64,000 nucleotides of DNA from Rhodosorus marinus CCMP1338 (GCA_029953675.1 JAMWBK010000013.1:372001-436000); one strand, 5' to 3'; positions 11,534 to 24,316 are shown, counted from the first letter of the stretch. Notes: generated by a model not told the origin, from the sequence alone. Program-made: numbers and translations.

Positions 11534-12119
11534 CCTCGTTCCTCTCCTTTCCGGGTCAACAAAAAAAAAAAAAATCACGAGCAAACCTCTATTCAACCTT
11601 GTTTCAATCTCTCAAAAGAGAATTAGTTCCTTCAGCTTACCTGCTAAAGCCCAACCCAATGGATGAATAAAATGCCACGGCCATGACGAGTCTTGCGGTT
11701 CAGAGCAAGCTCGATTACAACCGATCTATGAAGGAATATCAATCTATCCCAATCGCTTCTCACGCAGCCTCCCTCTTTCGTCCCTTGTTGGACCGCAGGT
11801 CAGCTTAGCCTCGCTCTCAGACAAATCTGGAGCGGTCAGTTTTCGAGTGAACAGCGTCCAGTCCAATCTTCATGTTTCCAGCAAGACTACGTCTTCCTCA
11901 CCCGAGCTGTAAGAGACATTGTTCATATGGAAGGTATATCTACTCTTCTATCTAATTCCGTGCCGGGGGGGGGGTTGGTGGCGGGGGTGCCAGAGCGCCA
12001 AAGCCGCTCTGGTTTAAGATGGTGTTCTCTCGGTTGGTGTAGTTTTCACTCTTTCAGGGTTGTTGCCTGTGATTAAACGATCAAGGACTACTATGGGGAT
12101 TGGTGGGGCAGGGTGAATC

Positions 12120-12540
12120 GCAAGCAGTGGAGGATTAAACTGGGGATGGCAACTAAGGCCGTCAGTCGCTTCATAGAGCGGCTGAAGGTAAGTAATCAGC
12201 TCGTCCTCCACCCAGGACGCTTGCGCACAGGACAACAACAACTTCCAGGGTTTCTACCCACAGATCCTCAAAACCCCGGTCGATTTTGAGAATCGTCTCT
12301 TCTCCAAGGGCCTCGCTGTTCACGAGGTCAGGAGGGACATGGGTGGAGCGCTAGCTTCTTGTTTATGATCTGTTCTAGGCACTCCACAGCTTCCCTCTTG
12401 AAAATTTCTTCGATATCTGCCTGCGTCTCTCTGTCCGCCTTCACCTCTATGCCATCCAGCACGAAGAGCGTTGCTTAGCCGCGGTGCGAAGCGACTGACG
12501 GCCTTATTGCCATCCCCAGTTTAATCCCCCTCTGCTTGGC
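12120..12540. repeat. Imperfect inverted repeat (~55-65-bp arms) within a degenerate, possibly transposon-derived segment
   Basis: The reverse complement of 12130-12172 (GAAGCGACTGACGGCCTTAGTTGCCATCCCCAGTTTAATCC) matches 12488-12529 with one indel. Similarity extends to about 12120-12187 versus 12475-12540. Confidence 0.8.
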
Positions 12541-13248
12541 TTCCTTTGCTACCCTTGCATTTACCTCCGTGGTCTGCAACATCCTCCCCTGCTCGGCTTT
12601 CCTTTTCTTTACCTAAGCAGAGGGCCAACCCTCTCCCACTTCGCAAGACACCTGTATCTATGCACCGTTTCTTAAAAATTCCATGTCGTCTGCTCGGGTT
12701 TTACTGTGCGATGATCAACGGTCTTGTTTACCTCTCTCGCGGAAACCTCCAAATCTGCATCGGTCGAGTTGATTAGTCCATTGCTGGTCATTTTCTTAGT
12801 TAATACGTTCGCTCCGGTTTCGTTTGGTGGATTGGCATGGTTTTAAAGTGTGTGCACCACGAAAGACAAACATTCGAATGTCTCTCAGCGTGCGGGGACA
12901 GAACCCATCCCACCTCGGCTTATTGTTGTTGACATACGGCATTTGGGATTTTGGAGCGACTGTGCTTGGATTCTTAGGTTCTTTTTTTATTCGATGAGTA
13001 TCCGAAAAGGAGCGGAAAGAGAGCTTGGGAACTGAAGCGAAAACTGCCCAAGCGCTTCAAGTTCTACCCAATCGACATCGAGTCATGAAAAACACTTGAA
13101 GAATCCATAGATAGATACAAAATATACATATTACATATACAACACCTTCCAAAATGAATTGACCTAAGGGCGTCGTCGGCTTTACCATCAAGCTCATTCC
13201 CGTCTAAGCATCTTCAATCTGCCTGTAGAGGTCTTGTGGCCCAACTCT

Positions 13249-14175
13249 TCAAAACTGCAGTCCCAGCTCGTACTGGGCGGGGGGCTCAGGTAGGCTCTGT
13301 TCTTGTTTGTGGACGGCTGCCATGTGTTTACTCAGGGCCGCAGGCCATCCGAAAGCGCGATCACAGATTTTGCATTTGTTTGCCTTGGTTTTCTCATGAA
13401 CGTTAATTTTGTGCATCTTGAGGTGGCATTTTTGCTGAAACGCAGAGCCGCAGGTATCGCAGACAAAAGCTCTTTTGTTCTCATGAACAATACGCATATG
13501 CTTGTTCAGGTTGAACCGAGCGGTGAACCTGGACGGGCAACGGTCACAGGCGACGATTTTCGGCCTGGTGGAGGGTAGTCTCTTGGCTGTTGATCGGCTT
13601 GACGGCTGCTTCTTTCTTCTTTGGGTCCTTCGCGGCTTCTCGTATGAACTCGATTCCGTAGCTTCCTCTTGCGTTAACGACTCAAGATTGGACGAACAAG
13701 ATTCTGAAAGAATCATACTAAGCGGGCTTGACACTTCCTCCGGTTTCACCATCCCGTCGCTTGTCTCGATGAGCCTCCCCATGTCACTAGTGTCTTCAGA
13801 GGGAAACAGTACCACAGAATTCTCCCAAAATTTCATCGGGAACGACGTCTGGGCTGGCTCGACTCTTCCCAGTGCAGGAAAATCCTTCCTCCTGGAGCTC
13901 AGCAGCGTACTTTGGTATTCGCCGATGTTCAAAACGTCGAAGCCGACTCCCTCCGTTACATTTTCTTTCGAGATCGAGCTCATCGTTGAAAGCTCCACTT
14001 CTTCCGTCTCCTGACTTATAAGCTCGGTCCACCCATCCGCGAAGGCTCCGGGAGGCGAAGTTGGTTGCCAACCCTCAAGGAGGTTGGAGAACTCTCCATC
14101 CCAGCAATATGGGGTGGGGTTTTCCATAATAGCATCGACGATAACGCCTTCCTCCTTTACTGCGAAGAAATCCAT
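13249..14175 (-). CDS. C2H2 zinc-finger transcription factor (three C-terminal fingers)
   Basis: Intronless 308-aa ORF with CDRC..F....NL.KH...VH, CDTC...F..K.HL..H...VH and CKIC...F.....L.KH...VH. The N-terminus is acidic and Ser-rich. Confidence 0.9.
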   Translation of the reverse strand: MDFFAVKEEGVIVDAIMENPTPYCWDGEFSNLLEGWQPTSPPGAFADGWTELISQETEEVELSTMSSISKENVTEGVGFDVLNIGEYQSTLLSSRRKDFPALGRVEPAQTSFPMKFWENSVVLFPSEDTSDMGRLIETSDGMVKPEEVSSPLSMILSESCSSNLESLTQEEATESSSYEKPRRTQRRKKQPSSRSTAKRLPSTRPKIVACDRCPSRFTARFNLNKHMRIVHENKRAFVCDTCGSAFQQKCHLKMHKINVHEKTKANKCKICDRAFGWPAALSKHMAAVHKQEQSLPEPPAQYELGLQF

Positions 14176-16509
14176 TTGTATTCTTTCCTCTCATCAGCTT
14201 CTAGCTTCCATCAACTTGTGAGGATCCCTGCAAGATCCCCGCCAACGGAAACACCAGAGGAGTAGTTATATAATCATAAACAAGAGACAAGTTCGTGGTG
14301 GGGTATCTTGAGACCAGGAATTTGCATCTGTCCCTTCCCGTTTCCAGGCATATTCAATGCTGGAAGTTTCAAACCAGCTAGGCCAAGCCTGCTGCACAAG
14401 AAGCCACTGAAGGATCGGCTGCGAATTCTGTGGAATACGCACTTCACGCACGAGGAACCATGTAGAGAGAGCCAGTAGCCAATAAGTGAGTAGAAAACAA
14501 AAGTCACACCCGCGTGGTCTAATTAGTTACCTCAAACGTTCAGGACACTATCCACGTTGCATCTCGAAACCGTTGCTGACCAGGAATAACCGAACAAGAA
14601 AAAAGCATTTCGATCGACCCTCTTTCGGTTTCACACCCCTCCTTTTGGGAGGGGTGATGGGATCGTTCCAAAGCACATCTTTCTTGCCGCATAAGTTACA
14701 ACCGGGTTCCCTTCGCTCTCCTTCAAAGTCGCCTTCCAAACAGCTCCACATCGCCATGCAGACCATTTCTCTACTACCAAAAAAAAAAATTCAAAAAAAG
14801 TCTCCGTTTCTATAAATATCTATCAATTCCGCCAGAGCCTTCACGACCTTTCAAAATAATCTCCAAAATAATATTTCATCCAGTATTATTGTTTATATAA
14901 TTTGTTTACTTTTGCAAACATTAGGACCTTTCGAGGGACTTTTCGCGACATTCGATCTGTTTTGTAGCAAAATACATTGTTTGGTTTCTCAACGCTTAGG
15001 TTTTCGATTGGCGATGTCTTGGTCAACGGGTTAGGGCTGGTAAGTCCACTGCAACGGCATTGCCTTTCGTTGAGGGGTGGATTGGTTGCAGCAGATGCTT
15101 TTAGATAACCTCTCTGAAAAAACCTTACAAGTACATGTGGATTTGTTGCTGATTTTCGATATCCTGAGAGCACCATTTCCGTTGGCTTCGGCTTTGTGGA
15201 GCTTGTGGGATCGGTAGAGGGGGTTTGTTTGTTTGGGCTGCTAGTTGCTGCGGCCGGCCATTGCGGTTGCCGATTTTATTTTTCGTTCCGACTGAATCCC
15301 AAGCTTTGCTGGGGGTTTCTTTATTCTATTAATAGAGTTCCACCAGACATCGCTAGGCACAAACGCTTACAAAAGAGGGCCCAGACAGCACCCCTTCGCC
15401 GACTCGAACAGTCCACATGATCTTTCCGAGTAAGAGAACTTACCCAATGAATCACTAATGAATAATCACTACTGCTTGTTTGGTAAACCGCTGGGGTTCG
15501 TCTCCCCAGGGTGATTACCTCTGACAGATTCGTTATTTTCTCTTTGTGAGCTCCATTCGGGAGCTCTAATAAAGCGTTCACGGTGCCGCATTGCCATTTA
15601 TAGAAACACCGCGTTCAAAGGAGTTTGATTCGGTATTTATAGAGAAGAACCCTCTTCTCACGAGTTCCGTGCACCTAGTTTCTTGAGAATAGCCTCCCTT
15701 CCACTACGAGCCACCAAAACAAAACATAACTGACGAACCACCAGAACGACAGGTTCCCCGGCACCAAGCGCGATGGGCAAGCGCCACATACTTATCCTAG
15801 AGCACCCACTTGACAACTCTGTATTTTTTCCAAAACATCTCCTTACATTGATCATTATCCATTTAAATCATCGCAAGGCACTTCCAAAATGGCTACGAGC
15901 ACCAAAATCGAATGATACTCTAAAACGAATCCTCCCAACCTCCCCCCCCCGGGCTCTCCCCCTGCCTCCCCTACTAGACAGCCACACCCACACTCTAATT
16001 CCTTAAAACTTACCAACTTCAAAGTATGAAGAATAAAATAAAGCTAAAAATATGATGAATTTAAATATTCCAATACATCCTTTCCTTAAATTATATTATT
16101 TATGGATGCAATTCTTCTATCTTATAAATTAGATATTTTATTAATTATTGTTCCATTCCATCCAATTAAAAAGCCGTTGTTTGTCTTATTGGTCTAAAAA
16201 TGGAATCTCCAAGTCGGGTTGTTTTTTTGATGTGGGGATCTATCTTTTTTCTTCTTGTTTTTGTAAAGGTCGCTTGAAGGTGTTTTGGGGGATAGTCACT
16301 TGGTCTGCTGGGTTCTTCAAGTCAACGAGTTAGTAGTGGAGGTGAGAGGGAGGAGTTGGGGATTCTATGTATGATTTGAGTGAGCTACAGGTTCAGAAGA
16401 ATAGAGCACGCGTTGTTTAGGGATTGTAAAAATTCAGTTGAATTGGTCCGGGAAAGCGCGGCCGCCGAATTCTTGCGGCGTTTTTTGTTTTTGCTTTCAA
16501 GTTGGCGGC

Positions 16510-17321
16510 GATGTCGGATGTTTTCTTTTTTGCTCAAGGTTGTGAATGGCTAACAGAGGTGACCATTGGGAAACTTTCCGCCTTTGGTTTGCTCCTCGCG
16601 CTTTTCGATCCTCCCGAATCGTTTTTTTTTGGCTTTGGCGTTCAATTCGAGCACGACCAGGAGCACAACGAAAATAGAACCTTCGCCTCTGATTTTTCGT
16701 ACAAATTCGTCCACTTTAGGTCTCATATATCACTACTTGCACAAGCTCCCCCGACTCCACATCGATGGGATCCGCCTTGACACGCAAAATCTCACTGCAA
16801 ATCAAACGGGGGAAGGAGTACATTGTCAAATTCTCTTTCATGATCCCACGCTGGAGTCTTATCAGGGCGTTACCATTCGCTGTTGTCTGTGCCCGATGCG
16901 CAAGTTGGAACTGTCAGGTTCACCGCTATTGATCTGCTTTTTAGCAATCCTTCACAGCCACATCGAATCATTTCTCGATTCTCCAGGAACCAAAAATAAC
17001 CACACCAGGCTCCATTCCCGGTTAGCCTATCTCAGATTATCTGTGGAAGAACAGACCCAACGGTCAGAGGGTCTCAGCTCGAAACACTTGTCCGGTCTGT
17101 CCATCAACATGAGATGGGCTCTACCTTGGAATGAACGAATTAGTCAGCTCATCGTCACGGACTGCGCCAACCCAAACGATTGTCGCGGAGCACCTGGCCT
17201 CGAACGGCCATCAGTTTTTCCTAGGACAGCAACCGTTTCTGCGCAATGGCCTCCTGCCGAGCTCTCCACAGCCCATCCATTCGCAGCCGAGAACAACGCA
17301 ATGGTTTACTGTTCAAGGTGA
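16510..17321 (+). CDS. Hypothetical protein, probably spliced; exon structure unresolved
   Basis: A 251-codon open frame with protein-like stretches (LIYHYLHKLPRLHIDGIRLD, ILHSHIESFLD...LAYLRLSVEEQ), candidate acceptors at ~16720 and ~16942, and a G-rich leader at ~16330. No family recognised. Confidence 0.35.
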
Positions 17322-17326
17322 CATCC

Positions 17327-19227
17327 CTAAGACTTGGATGGGACAAATGCAATTTCTGGTTCGGAGCATGTGAACACTTTTACCACTTTCTCGGCCAACA
17401 CTGGTCCCAGTTTCCTGTGGCAAAGGAGAACGTGAGCTAGAATCCTGAGCGACTTAAAACTCGGGCACGGCAACGCCGTACCTCTTCCGAGAACCATCAC
17501 GACTTTGTACATCGATCTCCTTGAGGTAGTCGGTCACAGTTTCTGGCCCTTGAGTCGCAAGCGCACTGGCGAGAGAGGCGATCGAAGGGAATCGACGTGC
17601 AATGGCATTCGCAGAGTCCCATGATAACCCCGGGATCTGAATCAGCATCCCTTGGTAGGTGGTAGTCAGAAGGGCACCATCAGATTCGTGATCAGCGTCC
17701 CGGACTGCTTTCTTCTTCGTCCTGGTCGTCGCGTCCAATAGACAGCTTGGACGCAATCTGTTTAAGCCGTTGGCAGAAAGAGTAAGCAACGCGGCGGCAA
17801 ACGAACACGGGAGGAAAAAGGCTAGCACACCGTTTCGGCTCTTCTTGCAGGCATTCTGTGAAGTGAACAAGAAACTTGGCGCATGCCTTGAGGTCCTGAG
17901 CACAATGAGTGCTGATTCCTTTCTCAACTAGAAGCCACGTCCGAGAGTCCTGAGCAAGACCAGAGATAAAGTCACAGCACAGCGATCAGGATGATGGGTA
18001 CGCTCCCAAATGAGCTTTATGATTGTCTTTGGGTTCCTCAGTACCGACACTGCATCCAGGGAAACAACCGGTTCTGAGTCGATTCCAGCGCCTGCTGAAT
18101 TCTGGTTCAGGGCCTTTTTGCAGAAGGAATCAACTCCATACAGGACAATGGTTATTCTCTTCATCGGGAAGCTCGCCCGGAGATCAGCGATCAGATTGAC
18201 CAGCGTACAGTTCTTAATATGGTTTGTGATATCCGACCCGTCCAAACAAAGAACGCAGTTCTTGTCTTGGACTTTGCCCTAGGCACGGTTGAGTTGGTCT
18301 TGCGATGAGTTCAAATTCATATGCCACGGTCATCCCGGTTTGCTGAGGAGAGCTAATTCGTACCGATTCGGAGGTTTCCGAGTCCCATAGGACAAGTTTG
18401 TCGAACTGGTTATGTCTTTTTGGGCTTATAAACTCGACCTTAAGATCCAAGCACGCAGACACGAGCTTTTCTTCTGAACGCTCTGAGAAGACCATGATCG
18501 GTGATGATGCTTTGACAGTTTCTTCTCCAGTGGCGCGTCTTCTAGATACAACGGCTGCCTGTTGCTTGCTGAGTCTATTTTTCGGAGGAGCTCCTCGTCC
18601 TTCTCCCGTCCTCGGGGACGGGTCCTAACCGATATTTGGCGCGGAGTAAAACTATCAGAAAATTCGCCTATACAGTCTCCAGTCAACCACGTCTGTGTTG
18701 ATCAAGCTCAAACTTCATACCAGCGTCGTTTCAATAGGTGTTGTAGTGTTCCCCCGAGCTCTGCTCGAGCGGTTTTGCCCTCTTCTAGGAACGAGATTCG
18801 CTTTGCCCGTTGAACTAGTGCTGAGACCGGTTGCAGTCGGTGAGAATTCTCTATCCGAAGTCCTGGTACTGTTGCCAGTCTCCAATTCATTGCTACAAGT
18901 CATGGCCTTCCGGGCCGCAGGTTTTCTGGTTTTCTGCGGCGTATTTTCCCAATATCCTCCCGTTTCAATGTCATACTTGCTTTCAATATTCAAAACCGCG
19001 CTGTCTAGATCCCATGCAGCCCCTTCCAGAGCGCGTAGCAAGTTCGGCAAAGGGACGTTCGGAAATAACGCGCGCATCTCCTCTTCAGCAGACCTCCCAA
19101 CTGCTCTGGCGCTTGAGGCGTGGTCAGTGCTCGGCTGGACACCATCCTCTTCACAAACAGCCACAACAACGCAGTCAGAATCACTGCTGTCGTGGACTTC
19201 TTCAACTGTTATTATTTGCTCGTTCAT
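17327..19227 (-). CDS. EME1: Crossover-junction endonuclease non-catalytic subunit EME1/Mms4, with an N-terminal CUE-like segment, multi-exon
   Basis: The spliced product has an inactive ERCC4-like domain (GKVQDKNCVLCLDG...RITIVLYGVDSF; WLLVEKGISTHCAQDLKACAKFLVHFTECL), an HhH region (YQGMLIQIPGLSWDSANAIARRFPSIASL) and the terminal exon R|KLGPVLAEKVVKVF. The last intron is 17481-17415. Confidence 0.8.
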
Positions 19228-20872
19228 CGAATAGCCTCTCTCTTATCGACGCCCGGAGCCAGCTGCACAACAGACTCAATAGCTGCTCATCACGAGCCTA
19301 CTCGACATCGTTGTACACACGATTACCGAGGCAGTTCAACGGCACCGAAATGCTCCCAGTAAAACGTCAAAATTGACGGGGGCCGACCACCTCCCTCCTC
19401 CCCATGATTCTTAAGACCAATCAATCAGCAAACAACTCATCGGCTGGAGGCACACAACAATCGCATATCGAACAAAGGGTCGAAGACTCATAATGATCGC
19501 CTAACTCAACACGGTCGATGAGCGACAAAGAATAAGATTATCCAGACACGGTGGACAACCGCCCGGGCAGAAGATCTCTCGACATAGCTCGATTCGATCT
19601 CTTTGAATGCTCCCATCCCAAGAACAAAATGGGTGATCGAAAACTTCAGTTGGTGCTTGCAAGCGTGGACTAAAACTGGTCGGTTTGCTGTCGATAACTA
19701 GACTATTCACCAGAGGGCTTCGATTTCCAGGGTATTGAAAGAAGTATGGCAGTGCAGTCTGGCTCTCTTAGGTCGTGGTCTATCAAGAAACAGTTTGCTA
19801 TGACTCGTGCTACCTGCGCTGTTCAGCATTGCCCATCTCACCGTTGAGATTCTTTCCAAACCAAGAACACCACCGTAGATATTTTCAAAAACAATTCTTT
19901 CAAATTTTGAAAACTATTTAAACTAAAATAGAATGATTTGTCCCACTTTTGTTCCCCAGCTGACATTTTTGTAGCCAAAATTAACTGTCTTCATAATATA
20001 GAAATAAATGTGCTTAATCATAGACCGACTGAATTTTTTAACGGAACTTGTTTCGGCGGAACCTCCCAAAAAGTGCGGTCCTAGCGCAGAAGACCGAACG
20101 TTTGGGTTGTCGACAAGCGCTCCAGATATCTTCAGTATGGCCTCTATACTGACTTGACTTTGGGAAAGAAGCCCGTTGTAGAGAACACTTTACTGGGAGC
20201 GCGCAAGGTGTGAGCTCGTGTATTGAGTGGAGACCTTGGAAAGAAGACCATCCATGGATCCTTTTAGCCGAAACGACGTCTACATCTCCAGGCAATGTTC
20301 CGCTACCGTTGCTAGGACACTCTCTTGGCGTTCACAGAAATGTCAAACTCATTTCCCACCGAGATCAGGAGAAGCCATGTGTCTCTCGCATTGCCCGAGC
20401 CGGAAACGCTGAAGAACACTAGAACAGTACAATAACAAAAAAAAAATTAGTACACGCCGAAATGTACTACTACAACGACAACAAGGTTATCGTATACATT
20501 AGAATAAAAATATTTTAAATATAATTATCAGCTTTTATTACTGTTGAATACAATTTAGTGATCAACAATACTGGATTTGAAAACACGTTGGAGACTTCCG
20601 CGATCTCTCTCGGGCGGTTCGGGCTTTGGGAAGCGAAGCTCGCGGTTGGGAACATGTTTTTTTTTCTTGTTGCCGGAGTTGTTGGGGAGGGAGTGAGCTT
20701 TGTGCGGGTGAGTGAGCGACGGTAAGGAGAGCCTTTAAGGGGGGACTCGGTGGCTAGTTGTTTGTTATACATATTGTGTTTCCGGTTTCTGCTTTTTTGT
20801 CGTTTGGTTTGTCGAGGGTGGAGGGAGAGCGTTTGAAGATGTGAGCTTTTTTTTTTCATTCTTGGGGATGGA

Positions 20873-22450
20873 ATGCAGTGGGGAGTTTATGCTTTATTTA
20901 GACCTCGGAGAAGAGGCTCCTTAGGTTTGAATGGAGCTTTTGTTAGTTTGCGGTGTTTTGCTGGGTATGGAGATCGACCGCGTCCAAGAGGCTCGGACGA
21001 ATTTCTTAAGCTCGCGAAGCGCGTACGAGATTATTCAAAGCGCGGAAACATCAATGGAGCGATCTCAACGCTTAAGCATATTAAGAAGATCGGGTACTCG
21101 TGGAACAGCCACTTGTTCCTGCACCTCATGGAGGCCTACGGGTACCACAAACGATGGAAGGATGCCTTGCACGTTTTCAGGCATATTCCTAATCCAAACA
21201 TGTACCATTATACTTATATGCTCGCCCTTTACGGTCGACTGGGGAAAACAAAAGAAGGAATGGGCCTCTTCAAAGAAATGGTGAACAACGGCATTGAACC
21301 AGGAATAATCGCTTACAACTCACTTCTGCTGGGCATTGCGAAAGCTGGGGAGGTTGATAAGGTTGACATGATCTTCAGGGAGATTAGGAAGAGCGGACTT
21401 GCGCCAACAGGAATCACGTACAACACGTTAGTTCACCTTCATGCCCGTAGAGGCGATAGCCAGGGTAGGTTCAACAGTTTGTAAACTCTTGCATCGCGGC
21501 GGTCCGTGATCCTTTCCCCAGCCTAACCCCCCTTTTTTGGTCTTGATCTGGTCACAGCCGCAATGGAAATAGTCGGGCAGATGCGTGCTAAGGGCGTTGA
21601 CGTCACTGGCACAACGCTCAACTCGCTTCTGCACGCGTTTGTAAACGACGGCAACTTGGACGCCGCGGTGTCCCTTTTCAGGACACTGTTAGGTAGCAAC
21701 CAAGAAGGTGTAGTGGAGGATGTTGCTGACATTGTGCGAATAGAGGCCATCGTGGAGGCGGTATCTTCGAGTTCCCTCGAAAGCTCGTCTCTGCATACGT
21801 TCGCTATGATTATGACGGCCTTTGCAAGGGCGCGTATGGTCGACCACGCGGAGGCCCTGTTCATGCGCCTCAAAGAGAGCGGCCTGATATTTAATCGAGT
21901 TGTGTATAACGCCCTTATCGATGCGAACGTCAAGTCTAACAGAATGGACAGGGCACTCGAGGTCATGGAGGAAATGCGAATTTGTGGGCTTGGTCCTAAT
22001 GCTACTTCCTACGCCAACGTTATGCTGGGTTACGCCGTGTTTGGAGATATCAAAGTTGTCCAGCACTTGTTAGATGAGATGACGTCGCGAGATTCTGTAC
22101 AGCCCAACATAAGCAACTACAATGCCCTGGCGCTTGCGCATGTACGAAGAGGCGAATTTGAGGAGGCAAGGGAGGTCATTGAAAACCTGAAAATGCCTGG
22201 GAATCAGCACACCGATAAGCTCCGGCGGACGTCCGGGTGCAGGGGGATATCTGAACAGATTGTTGCGCTTTGCGAAAAACGTATGTATAGACTTGCCGTC
22301 GAAGTTTTCAAAAACGCCCGGGAGAAAGGCCAGGAAGTATCTGATGAAGGGGCCAGACATGTTGCAGAGGCGCTGGCGAAGATTGAAGCAGGAGAACTGG
22401 AAGCATTCCCAATTTCCGCGGGACGCGCTCTTGAAGGCGGTGGGAAGTGA
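20873..22450 (+). CDS. Pentatricopeptide repeat (PPR) protein, 2 exons
   Basis: Repeated 35-aa PPR units (PNMYHYTYMLALYGRLGKTKEGMGLFKEMVNNGIEP, GIIAYNSLLLGIAKAGEVDKVDMIFREIRKSGLAP, VVYNALIDANVKSNRMDRALEVMEEM). The intron 21465-21557 joins the two ORFs in frame. Confidence 0.92.
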
Positions 22451-23784
22451 GATGAGGTGATTGATTGTTTTTCAACTAAGATCTATTAACAGTAAATAAC
22501 ACTAGAGGAGAAGCATCGAACACAGAAAATGATGCACTGCACATCAGTCGCACTATATGCACTTTCTTCTTTGTATTAAGGACCTGTGCATGATGTCAAC
22601 GAGCTTTGAGGCTTCCATTCTTTCAGATAAGCGCTACCAAGTATGGTAAAAGCCAAAGAGCTGCTCTGGGGGTGCGAACGAGGCATTCCCGAGCCGGTCT
22701 TTTGCATAAAGCAGGCGGTCCTTTTTCAGGCAAAATTATGTTCGCGTTTCTGTCTTGCTATCGGTGCAGTACGAATGCTTCATGCACTCCTCTTCACCCT
22801 CAGCAACCCTCTCGATGAATGAGGGAGTGCTAGCCTCCGAGCCACTTGTCACGGTGAGAAACGGCAGGAGCATAAAGATTGAATTATTTTTCTGTAAAAA
22901 AACTAGTAGGATATTCTCTAGAGAAACAGTGGAGCAACACGTGTTGACTTCGTCTTCAATGGTTAGATAGTTTCATTTAATCCAATTAACATATACCACG
23001 CGTCTTGTATCATCATGCAGATGCTAAATAGTCCAATGAAAATAGCCTTATCATATCTTTCTGTTGCGAGAAACCTAATATAAAAGATATCTCAGCAGAT
23101 CCTATCATAAACAAATGTAATTCAATATATTTTGTGCAACCAGCTCGCAATATTTTCATTTGTATTCGTACAAAATTCCGCGGTCGGAGCTTCGAGACCT
23201 AACGCAATATCTTTTCATCCTCTTGTTTTTCTTCTCTTTTTTAGAAGACAGACTGTCTATATTCATAATCCGAAATAATTTTATCCCCCCAGCTGACATC
23301 GAAAATTTGGATAAAATAGGCCGGTTTGTCAAACAAGGAATTTGTCATATTTTTGAACGCTTTTCGTCTTCTGAGAGAGATTTCTCTGCAACTAGTGAGA
23401 GCCTCCGTTTTGGGGGATAAGCTGTGCAAAACTAGCTAGTGAGGACTGAGTTTTAAGAGAGCACTCAGTGAAGTAGCGCTCTACTATAAAGTTTAGTAGG
23501 AACGGTGTATCAATTTTGTTTCCTTTCCCCCAAAGCCCTTTTCCCCAACCCCGTTCACGACCACATTCCCGTGGACTGAAGAGAGCTCTCAAGGTGGAAA
23601 GAGATATCTCTGGCTGGAAGACCATGTGATAAAAATCCAAGAGGAGCTTCCGGAGCGGCAGCTGAGGACTTGGGGTGGTGGGGAACTATGGGTGGCATGA
23701 TAGGGAGGGGTGTTGAAAAGCAAGCATCTGAATACCTGCTTTGAGGTTTGTTTTTCAGGAGAGCGAAGACCTGTTGTAGCAGGC

Positions 23785-24316
23785 ATGAGGGGTACGTGAT
23801 ATGGGACATGTGCCGAACGCGTTTGGTTGGTCTGCGTCTGACTCTTTTCTGTTTTTTATTGCTTTGGTAGGAGGACTCGCGAGCATGATTGCTGGAAGCA
23901 AGCTCTTGAGAAAATATTTTTGGTATGGCTTCGAGGTCCAGAAACCAGTGAATGCTGTGGGCAATACCGCGCGCCGGCTGAAGGCTGCTTCACAGAAAGA
24001 AACGCGAGAACGTCAACTGAGTGCGAAGGAGGAGCTTGAACTTCGCGCTGAGGCTGAGTATTATGCTGCATGGGCGACAAACTGCATGTTACCTTGGGAA
24101 AGAGCTCAAATGAACGAGAACAAAACTCCGCTAAGACTTTGGGAGAAGGTGTACTGGGCAGTTTTTCCCGTGTTGGGAGTCTCCGGCTTCATCTACGAGA
24201 TGAGGGGCTCGAACAACAAGTTGAGACACTTCTTTAGGAAAGACCAAGACATTGATCCGGAAATTCGAGCTTTGCACAAACACTCGGAATTCGATAGGCT
24301 TTGGCGATTTTTTTGA
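23785..24316 (+). CDS. Small hypothetical membrane protein (possibly mitochondrial)
   Basis: Likely model is ATGAGGG, intron 23792-23870, then GGLASMIAGSKLLRKYF... It has a basic amphipathic N-terminus and one hydrophobic helix (VYWAVFPVLGVSGFIY). No family recognised. Confidence 0.55.

Noticed and set aside
12180-12200. U1 snRNA 5' end look-alike (ATTACTTACCT on the minus strand)
   Set aside because: No U1 stem-loops or Sm site follow; it is simply the complement of a GTAAGT donor-like sequence.
14634-14656. 9-bp hairpin CACCCCTCC/GGAGGGGTG as a terminator or riboswitch
   Set aside because: It is too short to exceed chance expectation in 64 kb, and intrinsic terminators are not expected in a eukaryotic Pol II context.
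19400-20450. ncRNA or transposon remnant between EME1 and the PPR gene
   Set aside because: No recognisable motifs, repeats or coherent ORFs were found by eye.
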